A stretch of 56,450 nucleotides of DNA from a virus (lineage: Duplodnaviria; Caudoviricetes). Below are positions 8,041-16,801 of the stretch, one piece after another (position 1 is the first letter of the stretch; every line of letters starts with the position of its first letter). The position numbers were made by a program, and so were the translations under genes. The stretch lies in the IMG/VR virus record IMGVR_UViG_3300050343_000141, positions 1-56,450 of that record; one strand, 5' to 3'. Under the pieces are notes generated by a model. The model was given only the letters and a program-made list of their open reading frames with translations. It was not told the origin of the DNA and did not search any database.

Positions 8041-10212
8041 CTATTGCACAGTTACTGGGGGTTTTTTCTCTAGATCTTTAGCCATTGCCGCCTGCTTCTT
8101 GGCACTGGTTTGCATCGCGGTAGCCGCTATACGCGTAGCCGCGTTAGTCTCGGACTGCTGCATCGACGTCTGGTTAGACATCTCAGATAGCTGCATGCGC
8201 AGGTTAAGCTCTGCCATACGTTGCTGTAGCTCTGCCTGCATCTTCGCAATCTCAAGCTGCGGCTGAACCTCGCTGATGTCCTGTACTTTGGCGATATTGA
8301 CCGCCGCGTCGGAGCTGATCTTCTTGACCTCTGCATCCAACTTCGCCATCTCCAACTGAATCTGCTGCATCTGAAGCTCCTGCTGTTGCTGCATGGCCTG
8401 CTGTTGCTCTGGTGTCGGTGGCTCTTCGCCCGTGCGTACGCGTACGCGCTTGGCCAGCTCCTGCTTGCGAGCAAGGTGCGAGTACTCGATGACCGCATCG
8501 TCCGGTATGGCAACGCCCGCTTGCCGCAGGTTGAGTGCTTCGGCGAACTGAATTTCGTCAAAGGAATCGCGCGCAGGTGAAGAACTGATGACTACGTCGT
8601 ACTCACCTATCGTCATGTCGTTGATAATCCTGCCCTCTGGCGTCTCTTGGTTTAGCACCATAGGCTCGCGCGGCTGGAGCGGATCGTCTTCGTTGGTAAT
8701 CATGAACACGCGCTCCTCTGTGTAGAACGCCTGTACTAACTCCAATATCTTTATCGCTAGGAACTGCCGCGTCTTGGCGAGGTTGTCCAATGGCACCTGT
8801 ATCAACACCGCGCCACGGTTCTGCTTGGCTTGGATCGCGATGCCTGATACCTCTGGCGAGTCCGACCCCATCATGGAGTCACTGACGCCACTGATAGACT
8901 TAATGTTGTTCTCGGCCTTAGCGCTGATGCGGTCTAGCCCTGTCGGGATACTGTTGGGCTGGATCTTGGTCGGCATGTTAGAGCCACGGTTGTACTCAAC
9001 AACCAGACCCGTAGTAGCGCCGTACTCCTCCAACTCGTCAGGGGTCATGCCCACCAGCGAACCGGTCTCTACCATCCAACCACTATTAGCAGTGGTATTA
9101 ACGATATGCAGCTCTTGGCTGGCGATCTTGTTTAGCTGTTCCTGCGGCGACAGTAGGTTACGTACCATGCCGAACGGTTTGCCGCGTCGGAAGTACGCAA
9201 AGAACGGCACGATGGTGAACGACTTATACGGCGACCAATCGTCATGCAAGCAGACGTGGTCACAGGTGACAGTCCACCGCACTTTCCGCGTGACCTTACT
9301 GATGATCGACAGGTTGTACTTCTTCGCAAATTTTTTCGCCTTGGGGTCGCCCCAGTTTTCTGGAACGGGGCGCTTGTCGCCGGTGTTTGGATCGACGAAC
9401 TCGTCTACCTTACACAGCCGTCGGTGTTGCCGCTCGATGATGCGCAGGCTCTTGATGTTTCGATATTCACCCTCGCTCGGCACGTTGGAGTTTATGAACT
9501 CATCACCCACCGCGTTGTCCCCGAAGGTAGACTCATGGAACTCAATAGAGTCGCGGCCTAGGTGGTTACCGTTCTCGGCGAGGAACCGCAGGTCTTCGGC
9601 CTTCTTCTTGCCGTACACCTCCTCCACCTCATCGATGGTCAACCATTTGGTTTCGAACACCTCGTTCCATGTCTCAGGATTCATCTCCTTGGCATCAGGG
9701 TCGATCAGTATGTCCAGCGGGTCTTTAGCCGTGACACGTACCTCACCCTCTAACGAGTCAGAGAAGTCAATCCGCACATCGAAGTACCCTCTTCCATCCA
9801 GAATCAAGCCATCGCTAAATACCTGCTGCTCCAACCAATCGATCTTGTTGTTGTCAGCAATCTGCATGTACAGCTTGGTCAGCGTGTCAGCCAACTCGTC
9901 CTCTGTGTTGCGGCGCGGCTTGAACCGTACGTCAGCACGGCGGCTCGACTGCTCACCCAACACACTATTTATAGTCGGCAGGATCGTGTTAATAGTCAGC
10001 GCGGGACGGCCCTCACTATGAAGCGACTGCAAGTCTTCCGGTGCCCACTGGTCACCACGGTAGAACTCGTCGCACCGCTGGGCCATGGCAACATATTCAA
10101 GGTGACCTGAGTCACGAGCGCGTACATACCGATCCCAGTTTCTGGCGGCTGTTTCATGCTGCTCGGCCTTGCTCTGGCTCGATAGCGCTTTCGTATAAAT
10201 CTTGCTGGCCAT
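8041..10212 (-). CDS. Portal protein (P22-like)
   Basis: FYRGDQW, GRPALTINTI, FGMVRNLLSPQEQLNK, SGIAIQAKQ, long Gln-rich C-terminal helix; follows TerL. Confidence 0.9.
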   Translation of the reverse strand: MASKIYTKALSSQSKAEQHETAARNWDRYVRARDSGHLEYVAMAQRCDEFYRGDQWAPEDLQSLHSEGRPALTINTILPTINSVLGEQSSRRADVRFKPRRNTEDELADTLTKLYMQIADNNKIDWLEQQVFSDGLILDGRGYFDVRIDFSDSLEGEVRVTAKDPLDILIDPDAKEMNPETWNEVFETKWLTIDEVEEVYGKKKAEDLRFLAENGNHLGRDSIEFHESTFGDNAVGDEFINSNVPSEGEYRNIKSLRIIERQHRRLCKVDEFVDPNTGDKRPVPENWGDPKAKKFAKKYNLSIISKVTRKVRWTVTCDHVCLHDDWSPYKSFTIVPFFAYFRRGKPFGMVRNLLSPQEQLNKIASQELHIVNTTANSGWMVETGSLVGMTPDELEEYGATTGLVVEYNRGSNMPTKIQPNSIPTGLDRISAKAENNIKSISGVSDSMMGSDSPEVSGIAIQAKQNRGAVLIQVPLDNLAKTRQFLAIKILELVQAFYTEERVFMITNEDDPLQPREPMVLNQETPEGRIINDMTIGEYDVVISSSPARDSFDEIQFAEALNLRQAGVAIPDDAVIEYSHLARKQELAKRVRVRTGEEPPTPEQQQAMQQQQELQMQQIQLEMAKLDAEVKKISSDAAVNIAKVQDISEVQPQLEIAKMQAELQQRMAELNLRMQLSEMSNQTSMQQSETNAATRIAATAMQTSAKKQAAMAKDLEKKPPVTVQ

Positions 10213-10213
10213 G

Positions 10214-11839
10214 TTATGCACTCATAGCGGAACGATCCCGCTTCTCTGGTTTCATTAATGAATCTAGCTTGTCTCGCCAGCTAGCGGGTTCGGGAACTGC
10301 GAGCGCGTGGTAGGTGTCCATTTCTGCCAGCATCAGGCCAACCCAAGCTAATGCATCGACCTGATCGTCATGCACGCCCATTGGGAAACGCAGCATCTCT
10401 CCTACAAGATCCGCTGTGAAGTCCGCATCCCTCGGGAATAGGACCATGCCCTGCTGTATTCGGCCTTGTATGGCACGCGCTCGCAGTTCTTTGTCGCGCC
10501 TACCGACGCTCAAATCTTGAATATAGTGTTGGAACGCCTTCCGCTCACGAACGCGTTTCTCCAAGAACGGACCAATGGCCATGGACAGGTGACCCTTCTC
10601 GATGCCCACGGCTCGTGGTGCCCACTGGTCTGCAAAGTCCAATACGTTCTCCACAATCTGGAAGCCGTCGTACTTACCGCGCATGATGTCGACCACGTAC
10701 AGGTTGTCGAACTCATCGACCCCTACCGTGATCCCAACGGTAAAGTCGTTACGGTCACCCTTACCAATCGCCAAGTCCCACGCCTGATAGAACACCATGC
10801 GGCCAAGGTCAGTATCGCTAAGGTTGTAGTACTTAATCTGGTCACGCTTGAAGTAGTCACCTTCCTCCCCAACAGGTTGCTGTTGGTACAGCGCCGCCCA
10901 ATCCCTAGGGCCGACCGCCTTGTTGATTCGCTTCAGCGCATCTATGTCATACCGCGCGGGGTGTAACGCCTCGCCCGCATTCCGATACTCTTCGTCCTCC
11001 TCCGCAATCGCCGGATACGAGATCAGCTCCCACTGGTCGCCACCCTCCTCGGCCTGCGTCAACAAACGACCCGCCAGATCGTCGTCGTGCCATCGGGTCA
11101 TGATGACCAAGACACCGCCGCCGGGTGCGAGACGGGTATACGCCGTAGACGTGTACCAATCCCATGTACTCTCCCTGTTGTACTGACTCTCTGCCTCTTC
11201 TCGGTTCTTTACCGGATCGTCAATAACAAGAACGTGTGCACCACGGCCCGTGATACCACCACCAACACCCGCCGCTACAAAACCCCCGCCCTCAGACGTG
11301 AGCCATGCTTCAGCCGACTGACTCTGTGCGTCTAGTCGGGTTTTGAAGACGTTTTTGTAGCTGGGATCTCGGAGCATGTCTCGGACTTTTCTTGAGAAGC
11401 CCATCGAGAGACTCGCGGAATACGCAACGCTAATAAATTCGTGCGAAGGGTGGTTGCCAAGGTGCCACGCAGGGAACGCAATTGATGCAAGAGTGGATTT
11501 CCCGTGACGCGGTGGGACTTGGAGGATGAGGCGCGGGCCTTTTTTGTCGATGACGTCTTGGCTGAACTTTTCGAGCCTTTTGCAGATGTCGCGGTGGACC
11601 CAGCCCGCTTCGTATTCGGGGTTGACCCTTTCGACGAACGGGAGGAAGCGCTTGCGCGAGAGGAAACGCGCGGCGATTTCTTTTTTGGCTCTTTCTTTGG
11701 CGTCGTCTTCTTTACTGACATGTTCTTCTATCTCCGCTTCTTGTGCTGGCAACTCACATTCCATGCAAATCGTGCCGCCACGGAAGGCGAGTTCAGGTTT
11801 TTCGGTCTCGCACGCCACACATCGGCGATTTTTTATCAT
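10214..11839 (-). CDS. terL: Terminase large subunit
   Basis: Walker A PPRHGKS, Walker B VLVIDD, MTRWHDDDL, nuclease motifs AWDLA and HDDQVDA; N-terminal CxxC...CxxC. Confidence 0.95.
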   Translation of the reverse strand: MIKNRRCVACETEKPELAFRGGTICMECELPAQEAEIEEHVSKEDDAKERAKKEIAARFLSRKRFLPFVERVNPEYEAGWVHRDICKRLEKFSQDVIDKKGPRLILQVPPRHGKSTLASIAFPAWHLGNHPSHEFISVAYSASLSMGFSRKVRDMLRDPSYKNVFKTRLDAQSQSAEAWLTSEGGGFVAAGVGGGITGRGAHVLVIDDPVKNREEAESQYNRESTWDWYTSTAYTRLAPGGGVLVIMTRWHDDDLAGRLLTQAEEGGDQWELISYPAIAEEDEEYRNAGEALHPARYDIDALKRINKAVGPRDWAALYQQQPVGEEGDYFKRDQIKYYNLSDTDLGRMVFYQAWDLAIGKGDRNDFTVGITVGVDEFDNLYVVDIMRGKYDGFQIVENVLDFADQWAPRAVGIEKGHLSMAIGPFLEKRVRERKAFQHYIQDLSVGRRDKELRARAIQGRIQQGMVLFPRDADFTADLVGEMLRFPMGVHDDQVDALAWVGLMLAEMDTYHALAVPEPASWRDKLDSLMKPEKRDRSAMSA

Positions 11840-12399
11840 CCGTCTGCATCTTCCGAACGACGGACGACTGCCCCGTCGTTCTCCTTCGTCGGCTCTAGAT
11901 AATTCTGGTCCAGCCCGACCAACTTCAACAGCTCTTCGTCCGACATTCGCTCCAACTGCTTCTGCGACGCGTTGTTAATCTGCACGTTCACCTGCGTACT
12001 AGGAGTGTTGTCGACCAGACCATGCAACTTGACCAAAGAATCCGTCGTGTTTTTCATTTCCGTAGCAGTTGCCGACGCGGTATACGCCTCCATGTACATG
12101 GCGTGCGCGTTTGCCTGCGTAAATTTCACTTCCTCGACGATCTGCTCGCGCATAAACGCCAACGCCTTCTTCGCGGGTTCGGATTTTATGAAAGTAATAG
12201 GGGCTTCACGGGACTTGTAGCCTGCAGCGCGACCGGCTGCGGCGACGGACATGCCAGATCCTACGAGGACGAGCATCCGCTCTTGTTGCTGGGTGAATGA
12301 TTCATGTTGCATGCCCATGTAGGGCATATAAGACTCGAACTCAGACGGTTCCATTTCGCGCAAAACGTCTGGATCGCTGAATTTCACACGTTGGTTCAT
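11836..12399 (-). CDS. terS: Terminase small subunit (putative)
   Basis: HTH-like SVAAAGRAAGY, C-terminal LERMSDEELLKL; immediately upstream of and overlapping terL. Confidence 0.7.
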   Translation of the reverse strand: MNQRVKFSDPDVLREMEPSEFESYMPYMGMQHESFTQQQERMLVLVGSGMSVAAAGRAAGYKSREAPITFIKSEPAKKALAFMREQIVEEVKFTQANAHAMYMEAYTASATATEMKNTTDSLVKLHGLVDNTPSTQVNVQINNASQKQLERMSDEELLKLVGLDQNYLEPTKENDGAVVRRSEDADG

Positions 12400-12429
12400 G
12401 GACCATGAGTCCTGCTAATAGTTTGTGGG

Positions 12430-12458
12430 AGTATATGAACCCCTACATGAATACGCAA
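12430..12458 (-). promoter_or_regulatory. Sigma70 promoter for the terS/structural operon
   Basis: Minus strand TTGCGT-N17-TATACT. Confidence 0.7.
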
Positions 12459-12721
12459 GTCTCTGAAATTATTAGTGGAAAAATTTTTATTTGAAATTTT
12501 TTAGGGGAATCATGTGCTCATTGTCTCCCCCCAGTTCTCGATCAGCCACCCAGCTCCGATCCGAACCAAAAATCCCACATCTCCACATCGAAGCATTGAA
12601 CCTAGTCCAGTAGTAACCCCTTTACATCCAGCAGCCCACCTCGGCCTAACGGCCTCGGCGAACAAAAGGCATATGTAGTTGGTCATTAATACAGCTACTA
12701 AATCATACAGGGGTACAACCA

Positions 12722-12799
12722 ATGCAATACGAACTACATCTCGATAATTCAGACATCGAAGTCCTCTTCACTATCCCAACCACGGAGCAATCATCATGA
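12722..12799 (+). CDS. 25-aa small ORF (MQYELHLDNSDIEVLFTIPTTEQSS)
   Basis: Preceded by the ACAGGGGTACAACCA block that also precedes 13115 and 13683; ATGA overlap with the next ORF. Confidence 0.5.
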   Translation: MQYELHLDNSDIEVLFTIPTTEQSS

Positions 12800-13059
12800 A
12801 TCGCGACACACTCAAAACTCAAATCGACGCACTCGCAGACAGCATCCAAGCCGTCAAAGACAAGGGTCCATCCATCCAAGAAACCCTAACCAAGCACGCC
12901 TCTAGAGCACAAGCCAAAGCACTATCAGGCTCACTCACAGGCAAAGACCTCACCTTCGCGTCCCTCAAACGCCTAGGCAAATACGCAGTCAACAATCCCG
13001 GAGAAATCCTACTCGGCGGCGTAGCAATCGCAATGTTCGACATCGAAGACATCTCTTAA
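12796..13059 (+). CDS. Early hypothetical protein
   Basis: 87 aa, GGAG RBS; its stop begins the cassette repeat. Confidence 0.65.
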   Translation: MNRDTLKTQIDALADSIQAVKDKGPSIQETLTKHASRAQAKALSGSLTGKDLTFASLKRLGKYAVNNPGEILLGGVAIAMFDIEDIS

Positions 13060-13117
13060 ATCCACCAACCGGGGGCTTCGGCTCCCTTTCACCACCTACA
13101 GGGGTACAACCATCATG
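13057..13117 (+). repeat. Stop-hairpin-RBS-start cassette repeat, copy 1
   Basis: TAAATCCAC...CGGGGGCTTCGGCTCCCTTTCACCACCTACAGGGGTACAACCATCATG, near-identical to 13623-13685. Confidence 0.9.
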
Positions 13118-13315
13118 CTTTTTATCGACTATCTAGCAATCGCTGCAGTCATCTCCTTCTTCCTAACGGCAATCTTCCTCGCCATGTATATAGCCAATCG
13201 CTCTTACCTACCCGAACCAGCAACTAAACGCTCGTTCACCTTCGAACCGGACGAAGTCTACTGCGACGTATGTGGCACTCACTACACCACAGACGATCCT
13301 TGCCAATTCCACTAA
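13115..13315 (+). CDS. Early small membrane protein with a C-terminal Cys/His cluster
   Basis: N-terminal hydrophobic helix; CDVC...H...C..H. Confidence 0.65.
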   Translation: MLFIDYLAIAAVISFFLTAIFLAMYIANRSYLPEPATKRSFTFEPDEVYCDVCGTHYTTDDPCQFH

Positions 13316-13328
13316 CGGAGTATCCGAT

Positions 13329-13625
13329 ATGCAACAGATCTATCCCGAGATTAACAACCACATCCCCAACGCTCACATCGAGCTAGCCCACAAAGACACC
13401 ATCGAGACCTTCTCAGGCTCACAATTACAAAGCTTCATCGTCCAAGACCCAGACATCGCGGACTTCCTATCAGACATCTACTACTGGTCTACACCAACCG
13501 ACTATCTCGACGAGGCTAAACAACAGTTCAACGTCGCATTCGCAAGGCATCACAAGGCTCACATCGCCACCGTTAACTACGATAACAATCTTCATCGCTG
13601 GTGCATCCAAACAGTCACCTTCTAA
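13329..13625 (+). CDS. Early hypothetical protein
   Basis: Likely start MQQIYP at 13329 after an ACGGAG RBS. Confidence 0.65.
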   Translation: MQQIYPEINNHIPNAHIELAHKDTIETFSGSQLQSFIVQDPDIADFLSDIYYWSTPTDYLDEAKQQFNVAFARHHKAHIATVNYDNNLHRWCIQTVTF

Positions 13626-13685
13626 ATCCACTAAATACGGGGGCTTCGGCTCCCTTTCACCACCAACAGGGGTACAACCATCGTG
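13623..13685 (+). repeat. Stop-hairpin-RBS-start cassette repeat, copy 2
   Basis: TAAATCCAC...CGGGGGCTTCGGCTCCCTTTCACCACCAACAGGGGTACAACCATCGTG. Confidence 0.9.
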
Positions 13686-13922
13686 AAACTCACATACAAA
13701 CTCGCCATCCTTCAACCAACTGGCCGCATCTCTCAAACTCTCTTCCATCAACCAACCGACGGCTCGCTCAAAGACCACATCGAAAGCCTCATCGCAGACT
13801 ACCGCGAGTACCTTCAGTACGAGGACACGCTCCACTACACCCTCTATCTACGCAAGGCCAACTCTCAAGCCTTCGACATCATCGAGGAAGACACTCATGT
13901 CCTTCAATATCCTCTCTTCTAA
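13683..13922 (+). CDS. Early hypothetical protein
   Basis: 79 aa; GTG start supplied by the cassette repeat. Confidence 0.65.
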   Translation: MKLTYKLAILQPTGRISQTLFHQPTDGSLKDHIESLIADYREYLQYEDTLHYTLYLRKANSQAFDIIEEDTHVLQYPLF

Positions 13923-13930
13923 CCAACATC

Positions 13931-13944
13931 GGGGCTTCGGCCCC
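13931..13944 (+). other. UUCG hairpin, partial third copy of the cassette repeat
   Basis: GGGGC-TTCG-GCCCC just after a TAA; no U-tract. Confidence 0.75.
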
Positions 13945-13948
13945 ACTT

Positions 13949-14024
13949 CCACCCCCAAAACCAACCCCAACCCCCCAGACCCAACCCCAAAAACCAAAAC
14001 ACCAACCCCAAACCCCGACCAAAA
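13949..14024. repeat. C/A low-complexity tract (G-quadruplex-capable minus strand; rut-like plus strand)
   Basis: About 75 nt with no T and only two G; seven runs of 3 or more C separated mostly by A runs. Confidence 0.8.
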
Positions 14025-14049
14025 GGGAGGGGGGCAGCGTGCGTGTGGA

Positions 14050-14085
14050 AAATTCCAAGCGTGCCAGTGAAATTCCAAGCGTGCC
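14050..14085 (+). repeat. Tandem AAATTCCAAGCGTGCC x2 (20-bp period)
   Basis: Copies at 14050-14065 and 14070-14085; 13-bp core also at 15585-15597 and 16145-16157. Confidence 0.85.
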
Positions 14086-14089
14086 TGTG

Positions 14090-14610
14090 ACAAATCATGG
14101 GCCATGCATCATGTTTCATGTTCAAAAAGGTGTACCCCCACCGCCAAATGGCCTGAGCATGCCAATAAACTGTTCATTTATACAGTCGTTATGCGTTTCT
14201 AACCATGAATCATGCTTCCTGTCGCATGTTACGTGTCCCTCTCGCACGTCTAAAACACGTCTGTTCCATGTGTTCCAGTGTGTTCCGGGTTAGCCCCAAC
14301 ATGGAACAAATATGGAACATCAACAAAATCAACACGTTACGTGAATCTGTTCCGGGTGTTCCGGGTGTTCCATGTTTTTCGGGTTGACGCGAATATAAAA
14401 CACACAAAAACACAAAAGGCATTTATCTCAATACTACTTTTTAATGGAACATATGGAACATCAATTAAATCAAGCACTTATCTGGGAACAAAAGTGGGAA
14501 CACATGGAACACATGGAACATGCAGGTATCATGCTTGGAACATGCATGTAACTACCAGAAACATGCACCATGAATCATGCCCCACTCACTATAAATCATG
14601 CAACATGGAG
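14090..14610. promoter_or_regulatory. Putative replication origin: TGTTCC/GGAACA iterons, two IHF-consensus sites, CATG clusters
   Basis: 15 TGTTCC/GGAACA hexamers in 14262-14542; WATCAANNNNTTR at 14327-14339 and 14468-14480; AT-rich 14392-14445; 22 CATG. Confidence 0.65.
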
Positions 14611-14867
14611 TCATTTATGGCCATTCTCGCATTCTACGAGCACAGCAGCGCCGGGCAACGACGAAAACTCATCTCGCATTCATCGGACTCCGGCTCACCT
14701 GAACCACAACGAAAACTTATATCGGAGGTAAAAGAGCGGTACGGGGTACTTCACCGTAGCGCGACCAAAGCAAAAGAAAGCTCCTCGTCCCTCGTCGCTT
14801 AACAAATAGCAAGTGTGATTGGCAATTCAGTCAGTCACGTCATTATCAAAAGACCTAGGAGGTCATC

Positions 14868-15503
14868 ATGGACAGTACTACCTTTATCACCAACGCGTTT
14901 CAGTCACTCACCGAGCGTTCTGGCAAGAAAGGTGCCGCCGCACGATTCGTTCAGTCTCAAGACGGTGCCACTATCGAAGAACAGTTCGTCAACGCCATCA
15001 TCGCTACCTACTCCGAGCAGGAGTCAGGCGGTGAGTCAACGCACCACATGCTCACGTTACTGGGTCTGTTCCAAGACCTACTCGACAAGTGTTCGTGGAA
15101 CGCTAGACGTCTTACCCGTGCGTTACAGCGCGAGGCAGAGGTCGGCGACATCAACCACATCTACGGTGTCGATACCGTGGAATCTACTTCGGTAGACGTT
15201 GGTGTGTCCTGCGAGTTAGAGCATATCGACGAGATCATCTCTAACGACTACGCTCACCTCACCATTGAGTGGTCACGTCTGTCACAGGTCGTAGCACCTG
15301 ACAGGGACGACGCTCAGTTGTACATGTTCGGTCCATCTCAGTACGACGAGGCCAGCGACCAGTGGGTGCAAGTCCACAAGTGCGAGGACTTCGGCAGTGC
15401 GTTAGCCGCGATGGACTTAGAGGCTGACCGGTTAGCTGAGAAATCACGCCAAGAGGCCAAGCAGAAGCTACTAGCTCTTCGCGAGTTACAAGCCGCCGCT
15501 TAA
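14868..15503 (+). CDS. Hypothetical protein
   Basis: 211 aa, AGGAGG RBS, followed by a terminator. Confidence 0.75.
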   Translation: MDSTTFITNAFQSLTERSGKKGAAARFVQSQDGATIEEQFVNAIIATYSEQESGGESTHHMLTLLGLFQDLLDKCSWNARRLTRALQREAEVGDINHIYGVDTVESTSVDVGVSCELEHIDEIISNDYAHLTIEWSRLSQVVAPDRDDAQLYMFGPSQYDEASDQWVQVHKCEDFGSALAAMDLEADRLAEKSRQEAKQKLLALRELQAAA

Positions 15504-15509
15504 CCATCA

Positions 15510-15541
15510 CCCTCGGTGCCTTCGGGCATCGGGGGTTTTTT
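15510..15541 (+). terminator. Intrinsic terminator
   Basis: CCCTCGGTGCC-TTCG-GGCATCGGGGG-TTTTTT. Confidence 0.85.
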
Positions 15542-15621
15542 ATGTTTACGATTGAAACCCTAACCCAGCGCGTGCGGAACCCGGTTCCAAGCGTGCCCGC
15601 CTTCTAAACAGGAGAATAAAG

Positions 15622-15918
15622 ATGTTTATAGATTGGAAAATGCAGTCAATTAAGTTCTTAGCCGGTGTCTTCCTAGGTCTGATGACCGTGCAGGTGCTAG
15701 CTCAGGTGGACTACGACCCCTACGAGCGAACTACTAACTACGATGACTACGACAGCGACGTAGAAATAATCGACTACGGCAATGGCGTCACTGACTCATA
15801 CAACTGGGACACCAACGAGTATCAGGACGTGGAAGTCGTCAACGATTTGGGCAACGGTCAGGTGGAGGTGTACAACTACGACACCGGTGAATATCAGGTT
15901 ATAGACACATGTTGTTAA
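15622..15918 (+). CDS. Exported acidic Asp/Tyr-rich protein (DUF5334-like)
   Basis: Signal-peptide-like KFLAGVFLGLMTVQVLA|Q; repeated YNWDTNEYQDVEV / YNYDTGEYQVID pattern. Confidence 0.5.
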   Translation: MFIDWKMQSIKFLAGVFLGLMTVQVLAQVDYDPYERTTNYDDYDSDVEIIDYGNGVTDSYNWDTNEYQDVEVVNDLGNGQVEVYNYDTGEYQVIDTCC

Positions 15919-16220
15919 CCACGTTCGTCGCTGTAGCTCTGGCTGCAGCGCAAACAACGACACATAGCTATGACTACTGCGCCGTTCTTAGCCTAATCGC
16001 AGAAAAGACCATGGAGCAGAGGCAGAACGGTGTGTCCATGGCCCATCAGCTAGACACACTAACGGGCTACAGCCCCAACGTACAGGAAACAGCTAAAACA
16101 CTCATACTTAACGCATATTCTGTGCAGAAGTTTGAGACAGACTCTTCCAAGCGTGCCGCCGTAAAGACGTTTGGCCAACAGACCATGTCTTCTTGTTACC
16201 AAGTGAGGGTAATCACATGA
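15909..16220 (+). CDS. Exported small protein with a Cys pair
   Basis: Signal-peptide-like FVAVALAAAQ; C...AEKTMEQRQNGVSM...AY...F...C pattern recalled from proteobacterial phage proteins of unknown function. Confidence 0.55.
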   Translation: MLLTTFVAVALAAAQTTTHSYDYCAVLSLIAEKTMEQRQNGVSMAHQLDTLTGYSPNVQETAKTLILNAYSVQKFETDSSKRAAVKTFGQQTMSSCYQVRVIT

Positions 16221-16427
16221 GCGACGACGTCATTGAACATCACATACTCAAGCGACTGTTGTTGGAGAGCAGTTCCAAGGCACGTGACCTACCTCAGTAG
16301 CTTAGGCAGAGAGTACTTAGAGAGCCTTGGGATCAAATCAGATGCCTTTGCCTTTGCAGTCCAGATCATTACTCCAATAGGTAAAGAATACGAGCCGTCG
16401 TCTTCCGACAACTTTCGTCGTCGTAGA

Positions 16428-16443
16428 TATTAGCTGCTTAATA
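16428..16443. promoter_or_regulatory. Palindromic operator candidate
   Basis: TATTAG-CTGC-TTAATA in a largely non-coding gap. Confidence 0.5.
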
Positions 16444-16585
16444 ACACGACGATAGAACGCACCCGCATTACCTGTAGCTAAACACTACGTATCCTCGTGC
16501 AATAAGTGACAACTTGGACGACAGTATTAGTAATGCCTATACGGTAAGCGTATTATTACCACTAATGAAACAGGAGCCATGTGAC

Positions 16586-16801
16586 ATGGACAAGCAAGAA
16601 GCTTCATCTTCAGTCATCAACGCCCTTAAAACATACATCGGCGTACCTCTGTTCATCATCATCCTATCCATGCTGTTCGCCATCGCAGGTCTATGGGCCT
16701 TCGCGATCATGGCAGGCATCGCATTAGTAGGTGCAATTCCGGCAGCTATTCAGCATCGACGGACCATACAGGAGGCGATCAATGTCAAACAGCAGAGCTG
16801 A
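16586..16801 (+). CDS. Small membrane protein (2 TM)
   Basis: Likely start MDKQE after AAACAGGAG; long hydrophobic stretch. Confidence 0.6.
   Translation: MDKQEASSSVINALKTYIGVPLFIIILSMLFAIAGLWAFAIMAGIALVGAIPAAIQHRRTIQEAINVKQQS

Noticed and set aside
8774-10021. 415-aa plus-strand ORF and the many other antisense ORFs over structural and replication genes
   Set aside because: Shadow frames of well-supported genes; Ser-rich, with no recognisable motifs.
13057-14542. CRISPR array
   Set aside because: The 60-bp repeats are separated by whole ORFs and the hexamer iterons by only a few bases; no regular repeat-spacer periodicity and no cas operon. The Cas4-like nuclease sits in a standard replication cluster.
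13601-14802. ORFs 13601-14293 and 14278-14802
   Set aside because: They run through real genes in other frames, the C/A tract and the iterons, so their composition reflects DNA repeats. A short ORF from ~14605 cannot be excluded.
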